From: Octopus bimaculoides
Lineage: Eukaryota
Length of the DNA: 64,000 nucleotides
Assembly: GCF_001194135.2 (NCBI RefSeq)
Contig: NC_068984.1
Span: 10,100,081 to 10,164,080 of the forward strand
Direction: 5' to 3'
Shown here one piece after another: positions 36,461 to 49,139 of this stretch. Both the position numbers and the translations under genes were made by a program. Within the stretch, counting starts at the first letter, position 1; every line of letters begins with the position of its first letter. Under the pieces are notes generated by a model. It was given only the letters and a program-made list of their open reading frames with translations. It ran no database searches and had not been told where the DNA came from.

Positions 36461-36492
<32 letters not shown>

Positions 36493-36515
36493 AATGATGA
36501 TGATGATGATGATGA
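36160..36515 (+). mobile_element. RTE LINE 3'UTR (a second short copy follows to about 36695)
   Basis: GGTGGCACATAAAA..AGGAAGGGCATCC..CCAACCCATGCCAGCATGG..(GAT)n. Confidence 0.85.
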
Positions 36516-37067
36516 TTAAGCACTGGAAATGGTATCACATAAAAAGCGCCCTGCATATTCTGTGAAGTGGTTGGCGTTTAGAAAGGCATCCAGCTGTAGA
36601 AATCATGTCGAAACAGACTACGAAACCTGGTGTGAACCTTGGCCTTGCCAGATCCTGTCAAGCTGTCCAAGCATGGAAAACATGTTAAATGATGAAAAGA
36701 TGATTATGATATGGGATATTCTAATTTATACAGAAAATAAAAAAAAATTTAAACAAAATACAACACCCTAGAACCACATCAATTGATTTTCCTGCAAAAC
36801 TAGGTGATCCTGGTGATATTATTATGCATGTAAGATAATTGCAAAGTCTGTGGAATTGAATAATAATTGGTAACAGTTGAATAGTCAAGTGTTTTGAAAG
36901 CCATTAATGCTGTTTTATGATGTTGCAACATAATGGAAGGACATCAGAGAAGATTGGATATTGTAATAGATAGGACTGGTGCCTTTACATTCAACTTAAT
37001 GAGCTTTTAGCTTTATTTATAGTATAGGGGGTACAAATGTGTGTGTGTGTGTGTGTGTGTGTATTCA

Positions 37068-37280
37068 TTTCTTTTATTCTTTTATTCGTTTCAGTCATTT
37101 GACTGCGGCCATGCTGGAGCACTGCCTTTAGTCGAGCAAATTGACCCCAGGACTTATTCTTTGTAAGCCTAGTACTTATTCTATTGTTCTCTCTTGCTGA
37201 ACCACTAAGTGATGGGGACGTAAACACACCAGCATCGCTTGTCAAGCGATGGTGGGGGGACAAACACAGACACACAAACA

Positions 37281-37314
<34 letters not shown>

Positions 37315-37541
37315 NNNNNNNNNNNNNNNNNNNNNNNNNNNNNNNNNNNNNNNNNNNNNNNNNNNNNNNNNNNNNNNNNNNNNNNNNNNNNNNNNNNNNN
37401 NNNNNNNNNNNNNNNNNNNNNNNNNNNNNNNNNNNNNNNNNNNNNNNNNNNNNNNNNNNNNNNNNNNNNNNNNNNNNNNNNNNNNNNNNNNNNNNNNNNN
37501 NNNNNNNNNNNNNNNNNNNNNNNNNNNNNNNNNNNNNNNNN

Positions 37542-37574
<33 letters not shown>

Positions 37575-37800
37575 AAGCCCGTATATATATATGTATGTAT
37601 GTATGTGTGCTTGTGTGTCTGTGTTTGTCCCCCCAACATCGCTTGACAACTGATGCTGGTGTGTTTACGTCCCTGTAACTTAGAGGTTCGTCAAAAGAGA
37701 CCGATAGAATAAGTACTAAGCTTCCAAACAATAAGTGCTGGGGGTCGATTTGCTCGACTAAAGGCAGTGCTCCAAATGACTGAAACAATTAAAAGAGTAA
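37068..37800. mobile_element. Two SINE A 3' halves in head-to-head inverted orientation around a (TA)n-flanked gap
   Basis: 37068-37310 is the reverse complement of the A tail; 37560-37800 is the forward A tail. Confidence 0.88.
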
Positions 37801-39014
37801 GGCACTAGCAAGGTTGTCATATAACTTGCAAGACAGAAAAGAACAGACGAAACAGAAAGGGGGGAAAGCCCCCACCCCTTGCTACTAAGAAGAAATATCT
37901 GGGAAGTGGAGATGGTGGTTTTATGCCAGGTGTTGAAAGGCTGAAGTATGGTAAAGTGACAAGCACAGGTGATCCTGCTATAGAGGAGGTATGTGGCTTT
38001 TAGGCTATTGACATCAAATAGGAAGATCTGCAAACAGATCTCTGACTTGTTTTGGAGAATTTCAGGCAGTTGCTTCCTCTAGAGTCATATTCCAATGATG
38101 AACATATTCGTGACAAAAAAAATCATGTAAAAAAAAAAAAAATCGCTGAAAATAATCGCTGGATTTTGCAATTAATTTCGATTATTCCCAAAATTTATTT
38201 CCAAGTTACAAAAAATGTTATTGTACAGAAAAGTTCATTGCAAAAAAAATCATGTAAAAAAATCACTGAAAACAGTCACACTAATGAAAACTTGGGACTC
38301 CAAAATTTCATGATTCTGGGTCTGGATTCAGTGTAGAATGTTTTTGATTTACTCACAGAGTTGAGCTGATTCCAAAATGGTATAATATGTTGGGCTATGG
38401 CCTCTAGGAGTAAAGTTGAAAAAGTGTGACACACTGAAACACTGATATTCGCATCGTGCTAGAGCAAACTCTCAAAGAGTAAGAAGATGAGCATAAAATA
38501 GGATACAGATAGGAGGTCATGAGAAGGGGGGAGAGAGTGTGGATGCTTTCAGAGGAGGGTGAGAAGGGAAGTAAATAGGTGGAGGTGGAGGTTAATGTAG
38601 GGAATGATGAACAAGGGTGGGGTTGCATATGATGTGAAATACCTGTATGGAGAGGGATGAGGGGAGGAGACATGGGAGTGGCTCAGGAAGGAGAATAGAC
38701 AGAAAGTAGGTGAAAGGTGTAAGAGTAGTGGAGAGAGAGATATAGGGATACATAAGAGACTATAATGAATTACTCTGAATATCCAGGGGGTTCCCTAGAA
38801 GTAACTGATAGCTTCTGGTGGTACTAGGGTCATATAATCAGCAGTGATGGGGTTATGGTGGAAAGAGGATAGCTAGAGTAAGCATGAAGTAGGAAAAAGT
38901 TCAAGGAGGTAATATTGTATTACTTCTGATGGTGACAGAGAGAGAGAAACTCTCTGTTTAAATGAAGGATAGATTGTATGATGCTTGGGAATATATAATA
39001 TATATATATAATAA

Positions 39015-39210
39015 TAATAATAATAAATGTGCCCTTTTAAAGCCTACCCAGGCTCATCGGCTCGGTTTCCCGGTTTCAATGGCGTATGTGTTCCCCAGCT
39101 GGACGGGACGCCGGTCCATTGCAACGTTATGCATTTTTGCCAGCTGAGTGGACTGGAGCAATGTGAAATGAAGTGTTTTACTCAAGGACACAACACGTCG
39201 CCCGGTCCAN
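39015..39210 (-). mobile_element. SINE with V-domain-like central segment
   Basis: Minus strand: CCAGTCCACTCAGCTGGCAAAAATG..GCAATGGACCGGCGTCCCGTCCAGCTGGGG..GAAACCGGG; the domain name rests on recall of V-SINE consensus. Confidence 0.55.
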
Positions 39211-39784
39211 NNNNNNNNNAGTAAAAAGGAAAGGGTGCCCCAGGGGCAGTGTTGGCAAATGTGATTTGGGATAGTTGATGGTAGTGAATCAAGGGCATTT
39301 ATTGCGATGGAGGGGCAAAATATTCTAAAGGAACAAAATATGTTGCATTGGGCACATAATGATAGGGTTCATGAATAGTGAAATGAAATGAGTCAAGAGG
39401 GAAACTGGATGTAAGAGGTGTTGGATGCAGGTCAATCTGCACCAAGAAGTTTCACTCTGTGTGCTTTAGTTTCGTTACTATAGCAACAGTCCGGATACTT
39501 ATTGTTCAAATCGCGCGCACGTACATACACACACACACACACACATATCAGCAGTCCAACTCATGCCAGCATGGATAACGGACGTTAATGAATGATGATG
39601 AGATAAATAGACAAACTGATTGATCTATCCATCCATCTATCTACCTGTCTGTCTGTCTGTCTATTTATCTATCTCTCTATCTCTCTATCTATCTATTTTT
39701 CTATCTATCTATAGATAGATAGATAGATAGATAGATAGACAGACTGACTGACTGACTGACCGACAGACAGGTAGATAGATCGCT

Positions 39785-40100
39785 AAAAAAATTCGGCGTG
39801 AGAAGACCCGGCAAGCCAAGTGAGATCGTTGCCGGTGCCCCTGGACTGGCTCTTGTGCGGGTGGCACATAAAAGACACTATTTCGAGCGTGGCCGTTTTC
39901 GTGCGGGTGACACGTAAAAGCACCCACTACACTCTCTGAGTGGTTGGCGTTAGGAAGGGCATCCAGCTGTAGAAACTCTGCCAAATTAGATTGGAGCCTG
40001 GTCTAGCCATCCGGTTGCACCAACCCTCAGTCAAATCGTCCAACCCATGCTAGCATGGAAAGCAGACGTTAAACGATGATGATGATGATGATGATGATGA
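39785..40100 (+). mobile_element. RTE LINE 3'UTR, well-preserved copy
   Basis: GAGAAGACCCGGCAAGCCAAGTGAGATCG..GGAAGGGCATCCAGCTGTAGAAAC..GACGTTAAAC(GAT)n. Confidence 0.92.
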
Positions 40101-40709
40101 TAGTGTTTTCCTGTTCATGAAAAGATGTAGAACTGAAGCTTTAAAAAAAGAAACAGGAATCTTTTATAAAACTATAAACCATAATAATAGAATGTGGCGC
40201 AGGGGGACAACAAAGGAGCCAAAAAAAAAAAAACAAGAAAAATCATAAACAGAAGTGGACATATAAGAAACTCTTCACTTAAGGACTAAAAGGTTTACAT
40301 AATTTCCATGGAACATTCAGCTAAGGGAGGTTACTCTCAAATAGTTTACAAGAGTTATTTTGATTGTCTCCCCTTAGTTCGCGGTCAGCAAAAGATTATT
40401 AGTTTTCCTACGTAGAATTAGTTCTTAGAATTCAGGAAAGGCAGCGTCTTTAACCGTTACAATTCCTTCCACATGATGTCTGTGATGTTCAGCTTGAATT
40501 TCTGTGACTGAAGACAGGGCCGTGGTAGGGTAGATGTGAAGTATAGTTTCAAGTGGAAGTCAGCTTGAAAAGGTTGATGAAGGCTACAATTCACTGGACC
40601 AGAAAATTAAAAGCTATAGTCGAAGGCGAGAACTGCATAACAATGGGAACCTGACTACAGAATCTTATAGAAGAGGAAAAAAAAAAAGAGAAAAACAGAA
40701 AGATTAGGC

Positions 40710-40868
40710 TCAGGTGTGGCTGTGTGCTAAGAAGCTTGCTTACCAACCACATGGTTCTGGGTTCAGCCCCTCTGTGTGGCACCTTGGGCAAGTGTCTTCT
40801 ATAGCCCCGGGCCCACTAAAGCCTTGTGAATGGATTTGGTAGACGAAAACTGAAAGAAGCCCACCACA

Positions 40869-40909
<41 letters not shown>

Positions 40910-41130
40910 TTGTGTGTCTTTGCATCTGTGTTTGTCCTCCCGTCATAACATGACAACTAGTGTTGGGGTGTTTATGTCACTATAACTTAGCAATTCAGCA
41001 AAAGGGAGCGATAGAATAAGCACCAGGCTTTTAAAAAATAAGTTATGGGGGCCAATACATTCAACTAAAAAAATTCTTCCAGATGGTGCTACAGCATGAC
41101 TACAGTCAAATGATTGCAATAAGTAAAAAA
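40710..41130 (+). mobile_element. SINE family A, diverged
   Basis: Colinear with the family A consensus. Confidence 0.85.
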
Positions 41131-41627
41131 AAAATAATATATAACGGTTAAGATTGATTAGTTACACAATAATATAAAATGGTGGAGCCAGCAGTTGTAA
41201 CGATAAAAATTTGTTGTTATAACGACATGTTGTAGGATGGGAAAGATGAACAATGCATGAAGTTTTAAGGAAATATTAATTTTTACCCATTACATTATAC
41301 AATGCCTTGCCTCGATGGACAGGTGATAAAATCATAAAGCATGTGAAGTAAACATAGATTATCTTAGTAGTAATCCACAGAAAGAGATAGAGTGATGTTG
41401 TGAGCTAGTGAGAGTGAGAGAGTGCAGGACGAAATAACTGCTTCGTTGGTGAGATACCATAGTTGTTCTTTCTCCCCTTCTCTTTTGAGATGGCATTTTG
41501 TTCAGCCGGTCAGCCAGTCTCCGTTCTCATCAAGTGACCACTGATTTTTGCTTGTGGGTTCTTGCTTTTATAACTATCCAGAAGAATAGACATATCGTTG
41601 AGAGCAATGGGCTTCGTTGGTGGTACT

Positions 41628-41668
<41 letters not shown>

Positions 41669-41827
41669 ATAAGAGTGAAAAAACTACAGAAGGCTTGTGT
41701 TAGATGGTTAAAGTATATATTTAAATTATGTCAGAAAAATGTTAGAAAAATGTTATAAAATCTTTTTGGTATATAAACATTGTATTTTGAGAAATAACCG
41801 GTTTCGTGTTGTCTTTTCAAATTTCTC

Positions 41828-42420
41828 TACTTCCCGGCAAGCCAAGTAAGATCGTTGCCAGTGCCCCTGGACTGGTTCTTGTGCGGGTGGCACATGAGAT
41901 GCACCATTTNNNNNNNNNNNNNNNNNNNNNNNNNNNNNNNNNNNNNNNNNNNNNNNNNNNNNNNNNNNNNNNNNNNNNNNNNNNNNNNNNNNNNNNNNNN
42001 NNNNNNNNNNNNNNNNNNNNNNNNNNNNNNNNNNNNNNNNNNNNNNNNNNNNNNNNNNNNNNNNNNNNNNNNNNNNNNNNNNNNNNNNNNNNNNNNNNNN
42101 NNNNNNNNNNNNNNNNNNNNNNNNNNNNNNNNNNNNNNNNNNNNNNNNNNNNNNNNNNNNNNNNNNNNNNNNNNNNNNNNNNNNNNNNNNNNNNNNNNNN
42201 NNNNNNNNNNNNNNNNNNNNNNNNNNNNNNNNNNNNNNNNNNNNNNNNNNNNNNNNNNNNNNNNGGTTGGCGTTAGGAAGGGCATCCAGCTGTAGAAACT
42301 CTGCCAAATTAGACTGGAGCCTGGTGTTGCCATCCGGTTTCACCAGTCCTCAGTCAAATCGTCCAACCCATGCTAGCATGGAAAGCGGACGTTAAATGAT
42401 GATGATGATGATGATGATGA
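41828..42420 (+). mobile_element. RTE LINE 3'UTR spanning a gap
   Basis: CCGGCAAGCCAAG..GTGGCAC before the gap; GGTTGGCGTTAGGAAGGGCATCC..(GAT)n after it. Confidence 0.88.
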
Positions 42421-42700
42421 TATAAATATATACATGCATGTGTGTGTGTGTTAATACATATATATATATATATGAGAAGAGCCATTTTAACGATGCGTCC
42501 TGCCCTAACTCTTCGAAACACCAGTGTTTTAATGGTGGCAGCTGATGAAGGATATGTTCTCTATGTGGCCTGCGTGTTTTTTGTACCTTTTTTATCGTTT
42601 TGTCCATGTTTTTTTGCAACGTCATGTACCTAGATATGTATCTATATGTACATGTAGATGAAGGTATGTACATACATGTACATATATATGCATATACTCA

Positions 42701-42746
<46 letters not shown>

Positions 42747-44309
42747 CTGTGTGCGTGTATGCATAAAGCCTGTTCATTCTATCTTGTGTTATAATATTTT
42801 GCATGAATTCTGCAGATATTAATGGATTTTCATATGTATATCCAGTAAAAGAATTTCTGCTGTGTGATAGCATATGATAGCTGATTCCGGTGGAAGAGCT
42901 TTGTAAAGCATGTTATAAGGTTATTACCCAAATGATATTACATAACTCAAACACATGTTGAATGGAAAGCTGTCTGACCAGTATAATCTGTCACAGAATA
43001 GCACAGAATAATTCTCAATAAATAATAAACACTAAGTTAGGCTACTTAGAACTATGGCATTAAACTACATGGTGTAAAGATAGCAGAGATTTAGACAACT
43101 TAGACAAATTACAACACACACACACACGTGTGTATATAATTGCAGTGTTTTATCGCTATGGTTAAAGTGATAAATCATGGATTATATAATAAACTAATTT
43201 TCATGTCATTCATCCTTCTTTTTATCTCTGTTTTAGTATTTTTTTCCTCTTTTCTTTCTTTTTTTTTTTTTGTTTTTGTTTTTCTTCATAGAACCAGCTT
43301 GAAACATAAACGGACAAAAAAAAACTTTTCATAAAACAGAATCCAAGAACGGACTGTTGGGGGGTCTGTGTTGGCAAGATTAATCACCATCGTCACCTAT
43401 CATCATCACCATCACCACCACCACTACCACTACTGCCATCATCATCATCATCATCATCATCATTATCATCATCGTCGTCATCGTCGCCACCACCACCACC
43501 CCTGCCACCGCCGCCGTCGCCACCACCGCCGCCACCAATCTGAGACATTGATTTAAGTGTGTGTGTATGTGTGTTTGTGTGTGTGTGTACAGATGTGGTA
43601 GACACTCCTACCTCTCCTTTTATGTCCTATTGGGGGTAACCAAGTATCCGCCCATCTATCATACTGTACCCTCTCACCTGGCTCACACCCACTTCCCATG
43701 ATTCCCTCCCTCAGCTGAAAGGTCTTTGTCTTGCAAACTCCTTAGTGACCCAGCTGATCCCTCATAAAAAGCACCTGTGTAAAAACTACCTGTGCTGGAG
43801 GCCACATAAAAATCCCCCAGCACGCTTTGTAAAGTGGTTGGCATTAGGAAGGGCATCCTGTGGTAGGGACCATGCCAGGTGAGATAATTGGAGCCTGGGG
43901 CTGCTCTCCAGCCTGCCAGCTCCTGTCAAAAGTCCAACCCATGCCAGCATGGAAAATGGACGTTACATGATGATGATGAAGTGTGACCATCAAATGAAAC
44001 AATGGAAGACAAGTTTAAAAAGCAAAGAGAAGAGAAAAATATGATCTGCCAGAGATTGTAATTATCCTCGTCAAGAGAGCAATCAAGTCAGACAAGTAGC
44101 CACACACACACAAACGTATATATACATGCACACACACACACACACATATATACGCATGCATACAAACACATGCACACACACATATACACATGCACACACT
44201 TGCAGACATACACGCACACACACACACATGTACACATACACACATATGCATACACACACACATACACATAAACGCACACACACACACACATAGAGATACA
44301 TATATTTCT

Positions 44310-44540
44310 TTCATTCTTTTACTCTTATATTTGTTTCAGTCATTTGACTGTGGCCATGCTGGAGCACTGCCCTTATTCGAGCAAATCGACCCCAGGACTC
44401 ATTCTTTGTAAGCCTAATATTTATTCTATCAGTTTCTTTTGGCCTTTTGCTGAACTGCTAAGTTACAGGGATGCAAACACACCAACATTGGTTGTCAAGC
44501 GATGGTGGGGGCACAAACACAGACACACAAACATATACAT

Positions 44541-44582
<42 letters not shown>

Positions 44583-44715
44583 GATAGGCTTCTTTTAGTT
44601 TCCATCTACCAAGGCTATAGTAGAAGTCACTTTCCCAAGGTGCCATGCAGTGGGACTGAACCTGGGAGCATATGGTTGGTAAGCAAGCTACTTACCACAC
44701 AGCCACTCCTGCACC
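44310..44715 (-). mobile_element. SINE family A, full length with internal deletion
   Basis: TTTCAGTCATTTGACTGTGGCCATGCTGGAGCAC ... CTTACCACACAGCCACTCCTGC. Confidence 0.9.
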
Positions 44716-45031
44716 TTAATGCATATTGGTTTCTTAGAGTGGAAATGGAATATGGTTTAAGGTATGCCTCAGTGGTTATGAAAATTGTGTAGGTATGTGG
44801 TTTGGGGTTCAATCCTACTGCCTGGCATTTAGAATGAACGTCTTCTGTTACAGCTTTAAGTCAACTAGAGTCATGTGAGTGAAATGTAATGGATGGAAAC
44901 TACATGGAAGCCTATGAGAGGGCTCTTTCTGTTTTGGTGTTGTTGATTTAATCCATTGCCTAATTTTGCATAAGCACCTGGCATCTCAACAGAAATATTG
45001 TAACAAAAGGGTCAACAAATGATTAATTTAA

Positions 45032-45252
45032 CCCTTTTGATACCAACCCACCTGAAACCACCTCTGGCTCTGAGTACAAATGTCTTGTTTTCATAAGTTC
45101 TGAATTAAAATCTTCCACTAAACCTTAGTCACAATTTATGTTTCTAACACCAGCTTAATGATAATTAAGTTATTTTAATAAATTCTTTGTTATATTCAAA
45201 ATTAACTGAAAGAAACAGAGAGCATCTCAACAGAAATATGGTAACAAAAGGG
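45032..45252. mobile_element. piggyBac-type MITE (reverse of 7669-7888)
   Basis: TTAA|CCCTTTTGATACC ... GGTAACAAAAGGG|TTAA; an extra terminal fragment at about 44980-45012. Confidence 0.88.
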
Positions 45253-45879
45253 TTAAACATCAACTCTATGGAGTTTAATAGTCTGGAAAGAACAAACTGT
45301 ATTTCTTTATTAAATCTCATTACAAGAACCTTTATACATCGACATTGGCATGGTGATATGTTGCCATTTTGTCTGTTAATTGTTTCTTAATTAACAATAA
45401 CACATCATGTGACAAATGAAACAAAAGCATTCTCACTTGCAAAGGAAAACACCAAGGTAAGGATTACCTGCAAAGGATAACACCAAGGTAAGGATTACCT
45501 GTGGATTTTCTTCTTTTCTTCTTTTATCTTTCTACAGAATAAATTNNNNNNNNNNNNNNNNNNNNNNNNNNNNNNNNNNNNNNNNNNNNNNNNNNNNNNN
45601 NNNNNNNNNNNNNNNNTTGCAAAGGAAAACACCAAGGTAAGGATTACCTGCAAAGGATAACACCAAGGTAAGGATTACCTGTGGATTTTCTTCTTTTCTT
45701 CTTTTATCTTTCTACAGAATAAATTATTGTGAATGTTGGAGATACTGTTGCTAGGATACAGAGATTGCTGCTGCTGCTCTTACGGTTCTTGTGGTATAGC
45801 TCCCAGTCAATTGGTCAGATCTATCTTTGTTCTATGATCAAAAGCATTCTATCCATGCCCATCCCAGCTTTTATTTTTT

Positions 45880-46290
45880 AAGCGCTGTGTGGTACAAGAC
45901 TGTGACGTTAAGAAGACTGCTTCCCAACCATGTGGTCTTAGGTTCAGTTCCAGTACGTGGTACAACAGCCTCAAGTTGACCAAAGCCTTTTGAATGGAAG
46001 CTTGTTGTATGCATGTATGTATATATGCATGTATGTGCACGTGTGTGTGTGTGTGTGTATTCTTGTCTAGACATCACGTGATGGTGGAAAATAAGCACCA
46101 ATGTCACACAAGTGAGGCTGTTGGTTTCCATTCTCCTGTGAAAAATACGTCTGACCATGGGAAAAATATTACCTTGCTTGGAAGCAGGTGAAGATTGGTG
46201 ACAGGAAGAGCATCTCACCGTAGAAATCTGCTGCAACAAATTCTATCCGACTCATGCCAGCATGGAAATGTGAACATTTGATGATGATGA
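45880..46290 (+). mobile_element. SINE family A2 (family A head + RTE-derived tail)
   Basis: A-type head, then GACATCACGTGATGG..; ends GACAGGAAGAGCATC..CGTAGAAA..CATGCCAGCATGGAAA..(GAT)n like the RTE 3' end. Confidence 0.7.
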
Positions 46291-47149
46291 TGATGATGAC
46301 GATGACGACAATGATGACGACGATGATGATGATGATGACAACTATGATGACAATGATGATGACAATGATGATGATGATGTCGGCAATGATGATGATGATG
46401 ACGACGACGATGATGACAATGATGATGATGATGAAAGTTTAAAACCTAAAGAATAAGACCAGTCTTTGATGCTGAAAACATATTCAAAGTGTCTAAAAAT
46501 TGAAAATGTAAGGAAGCAGGAATAAAACAAAAAAAAAAGGGTCGCACAGACACTCCTTTATCAGTTTCTAATTTCATAGAAGAAAAAAAAAATACCGTGA
46601 AGCTACCATTTGTCCAATTGAAACCTGTAATTAATTATATTCTGGTTCATCAGTCAATAAAATAACAAAATAAAAACAAAATAGGTAATAACTTTCAAAC
46701 AACCGTTTTAAAATCTGTGTTATGACTAACGAGTCCTTGATATTGATGCGTTGCCCTCCTTATAAAGATCTGTTATAAATGAAGAGTCTGTTGCTTTGTT
46801 ATTGATGATGTCTATTGATAAAAAAAATCTATCTGGTTAATGTCTGTTTTTCCAGCTGACAATTAATCATTCATGTTGTATGTCAACGACTTTCTGATCT
46901 TTTGTAAAGCCACTTGTTGGGTTTTGCCTTCTTTCTGTAGAATAGTTTTGAAAATCTTCCAGGCTGCTGGGAGTATTTTGTTGTTGTAGTCTGTTGTTAC
47001 CAGTCTGTTGCAGTCTTTTAGGTTGATAGCAAGGTTAACAGACGAATAGAAGATGTCCTGTGAGATGTGAGATGAAAATAATAGCGTGTCCCATACGATA
47101 CGAATTGCCCTGCCTGTAACCACCATCCGTTAACTGATGATTAAGCTGG

Positions 47150-47703
47150 CAATGAGGATGATGATGGTAGTGGTGGTGGCAGTGGTGGTGGTGGTGATGG
47201 TAGTGGCAGCGGCAGTGGTGCTGGTGTTGTTTGTGGTGGTTGTGGTGGTGGTGGTAGTGGTGGTGACGGCGGTGGTGGAGGTGGTGTTGGTGGCAGTGAT
47301 GGTTGTTGTTGTTGTTGTTGTGGTGGTGGTGGTGGTGGCGGCGATGGCAGTGGTGGCGNNNNNNNNNNNNNNNNNNNNNNNNNNNNNNNNNNNNNNNNNN
47401 NNNNNNNNNNNNNNNNNNNNNNNNNNNNNNNNNNNNNNNNNNNNNNNNNNNNNNNNNNNNNNNNNNNNNNNNNNNNNNNNNNNNNNNNNNNNNNNNNNNN
47501 NNNNNNNNNNNNNNNNNNNNNNNNNNNNNNNNNNNNNNNNNNNNNNNGGTGGTGGTGGTGGTGGCGACGGCGGTGGTGGCAGCGGTGATGTTGGTGGCGG
47601 TGGTGGCTGTTGTTGTTGTTGTGGTGGTGGTGGTGGTGGCGGCGATGGCAGTGGTGGCGGCAACGTCGGTGGTGGTGATGGTGGCGGTGGTTGTGGTGGT
47701 GGA
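47150..47703. repeat. (GGT/GGC/GTT)n trinucleotide array with gap
   Basis: Visible directly; source of the poly-P/T/G/V ORFs. Confidence 0.95.
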
Positions 47704-47934
47704 TGAAAATGATCCGTCATCACATTTTGACCCATCTTCCTCTCAGACAAAACCCTCTGCATTCCCTTGACTTCTATTTCTATTTCCTCTTCTCCCCCAG
47801 CAACTCCTCTTGGACTTGAAAATGACCCAATACTTACAACTTTTTTCTTACAGTATAATCATCATCATCATTATCATCATCATTTAACATCCGTTTTCCA
47901 TGCTGGTATGGGTTGGACGGTTGATTTGTTTAAG

Positions 47935-48220
47935 TAGGACGTAATTTTGTTCAACGGCTTTGGTTCATTGAAAGTGGCTATGTCTGGGATCTCCACAGAC
48001 TCTCTGAGACTAATATGCTTGTTCTCGTTGTTGGACAACCAAATGTAGATGACTGCTGGGAAGAAACGGACAAGAAGAGAGACTCCAGTGGGAAAAGTTT
48101 TGGGGAATAAGGATTAGCTACTGTGGTGAGTATAAGCTGATGGGCGCAGATACAGTATCAGTGGTGGGAGGAGAAATTATTGAGTTAAGTGGGTTCGGAT
48201 GGAGAAGGGATGATACAAGC
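47935..48220 (-). mobile_element. Possible CR1/Zenon-type LINE 3' relic
   Basis: Minus strand resembles SEL.SIIPPP...SFFPR..LW across frameshifts; highly decayed. Confidence 0.35.
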
Positions 48221-48589
48221 CAACATCAAGGAACAGAGGCCAATACGACAGAGAGAAATGAAATAAAACGATCTTTATTTTAATCTCGCTGCTTGTTGAC
48301 GTCGGGTAAAGGGAGACAACTCTGTATTTGTGCTATTTTCTTTTCGGTTCAAAACGTTTTAACATTTCTGTTTGCCTGTCTATCTGTTTATTAGTATGTG
48401 TGTGTGTTTCTCTCTCTCTCACACACACACATAAACACACTTTCACTCACTGTATGCGTTTGCTTCTATGTGAGTGAGTGTCTTTGTGTGTATGTGCGTG
48501 CGTGCGTGTGTGTGAGTGTGTGCTGGTGCCAAGTAAAGAGCCCTCCCTGTACCTTCTGTAAAGTGGTTGGAATCAAGAATGGAGCAAAA

Positions 48590-48878
48590 CACCCGTGTTT
48601 CCAGAGGTGAATTATCCAAACCCCAAATAATTCCTCTCAACGCATGGCTATGATGCTCCCCCACTACTTCTGCTCGTGATCAGAGATACACATATCGTCA
48701 GCCACCAAGGGACATGCTCAACTGGTTAAGGTCAAACAACTGACAAGCAAATCTCTGGTATTAAGCAGAATATTTGCTGTAGCCTATCTTTTATACCAGA
48801 TGGACTACAGCAAATATTCTGCTTAATACCACAGATTTGCTTGTCAGTTGCTTGACCTTAACCAGTTGAGCATGTTCC

Positions 48879-48880
<2 letters not shown>
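48590..48880. repeat. Unclassified repeat with a near-perfect 78-bp inverted terminal duplication
   Basis: Arms 48707-48784 and 48802-48880 (GGACATGCTCAACTGGTTAAGGTCAA..GCTGTAGCC / GGACTACAGC..TTAACCAGTTGAGCATGTTCC), then (TTA)n. Confidence 0.9.
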
Positions 48881-48921
<41 letters not shown>

Positions 48922-49139
48922 TGGACAAATCCCAAATCCCCTCAGGTAGATGACCCCGCTCAAACTGTAGAAAAGGTATAGGTAGAAACTCCATAAGATG
49001 TACCAAGTGTAAGCTATGGACACATAAGAGGTGCAACAATATCAAAGGAAAGCTAACTGGGAAAATAGCTTTTGTGTGTGGAAGGTGCACAGGTACAATA
49101 AACAATGAAAATGTACAGAAAATAGACTCCATCTAATAC

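Noticed and set aside
42500-42570. GAAAC...CTGATGAAGG, a possible type II hammerhead (related motif on the minus strand near 14960-15000)
   Set aside because: No helix I hairpin and only a weak helix II in these copies; worth rechecking only on a family consensus
45436-45725. Apparent array of 31-bp repeats and a 110-bp direct repeat
   Set aside because: Only two 31-bp units are supported; the larger repeat straddles an N-gap and is likely contig-end overlap. Not a CRISPR array: eukaryotic context, no spacers
47130-47770. Poly-P/T/G/V ORFs
   Set aside because: Trinucleotide repeat plus N-gap
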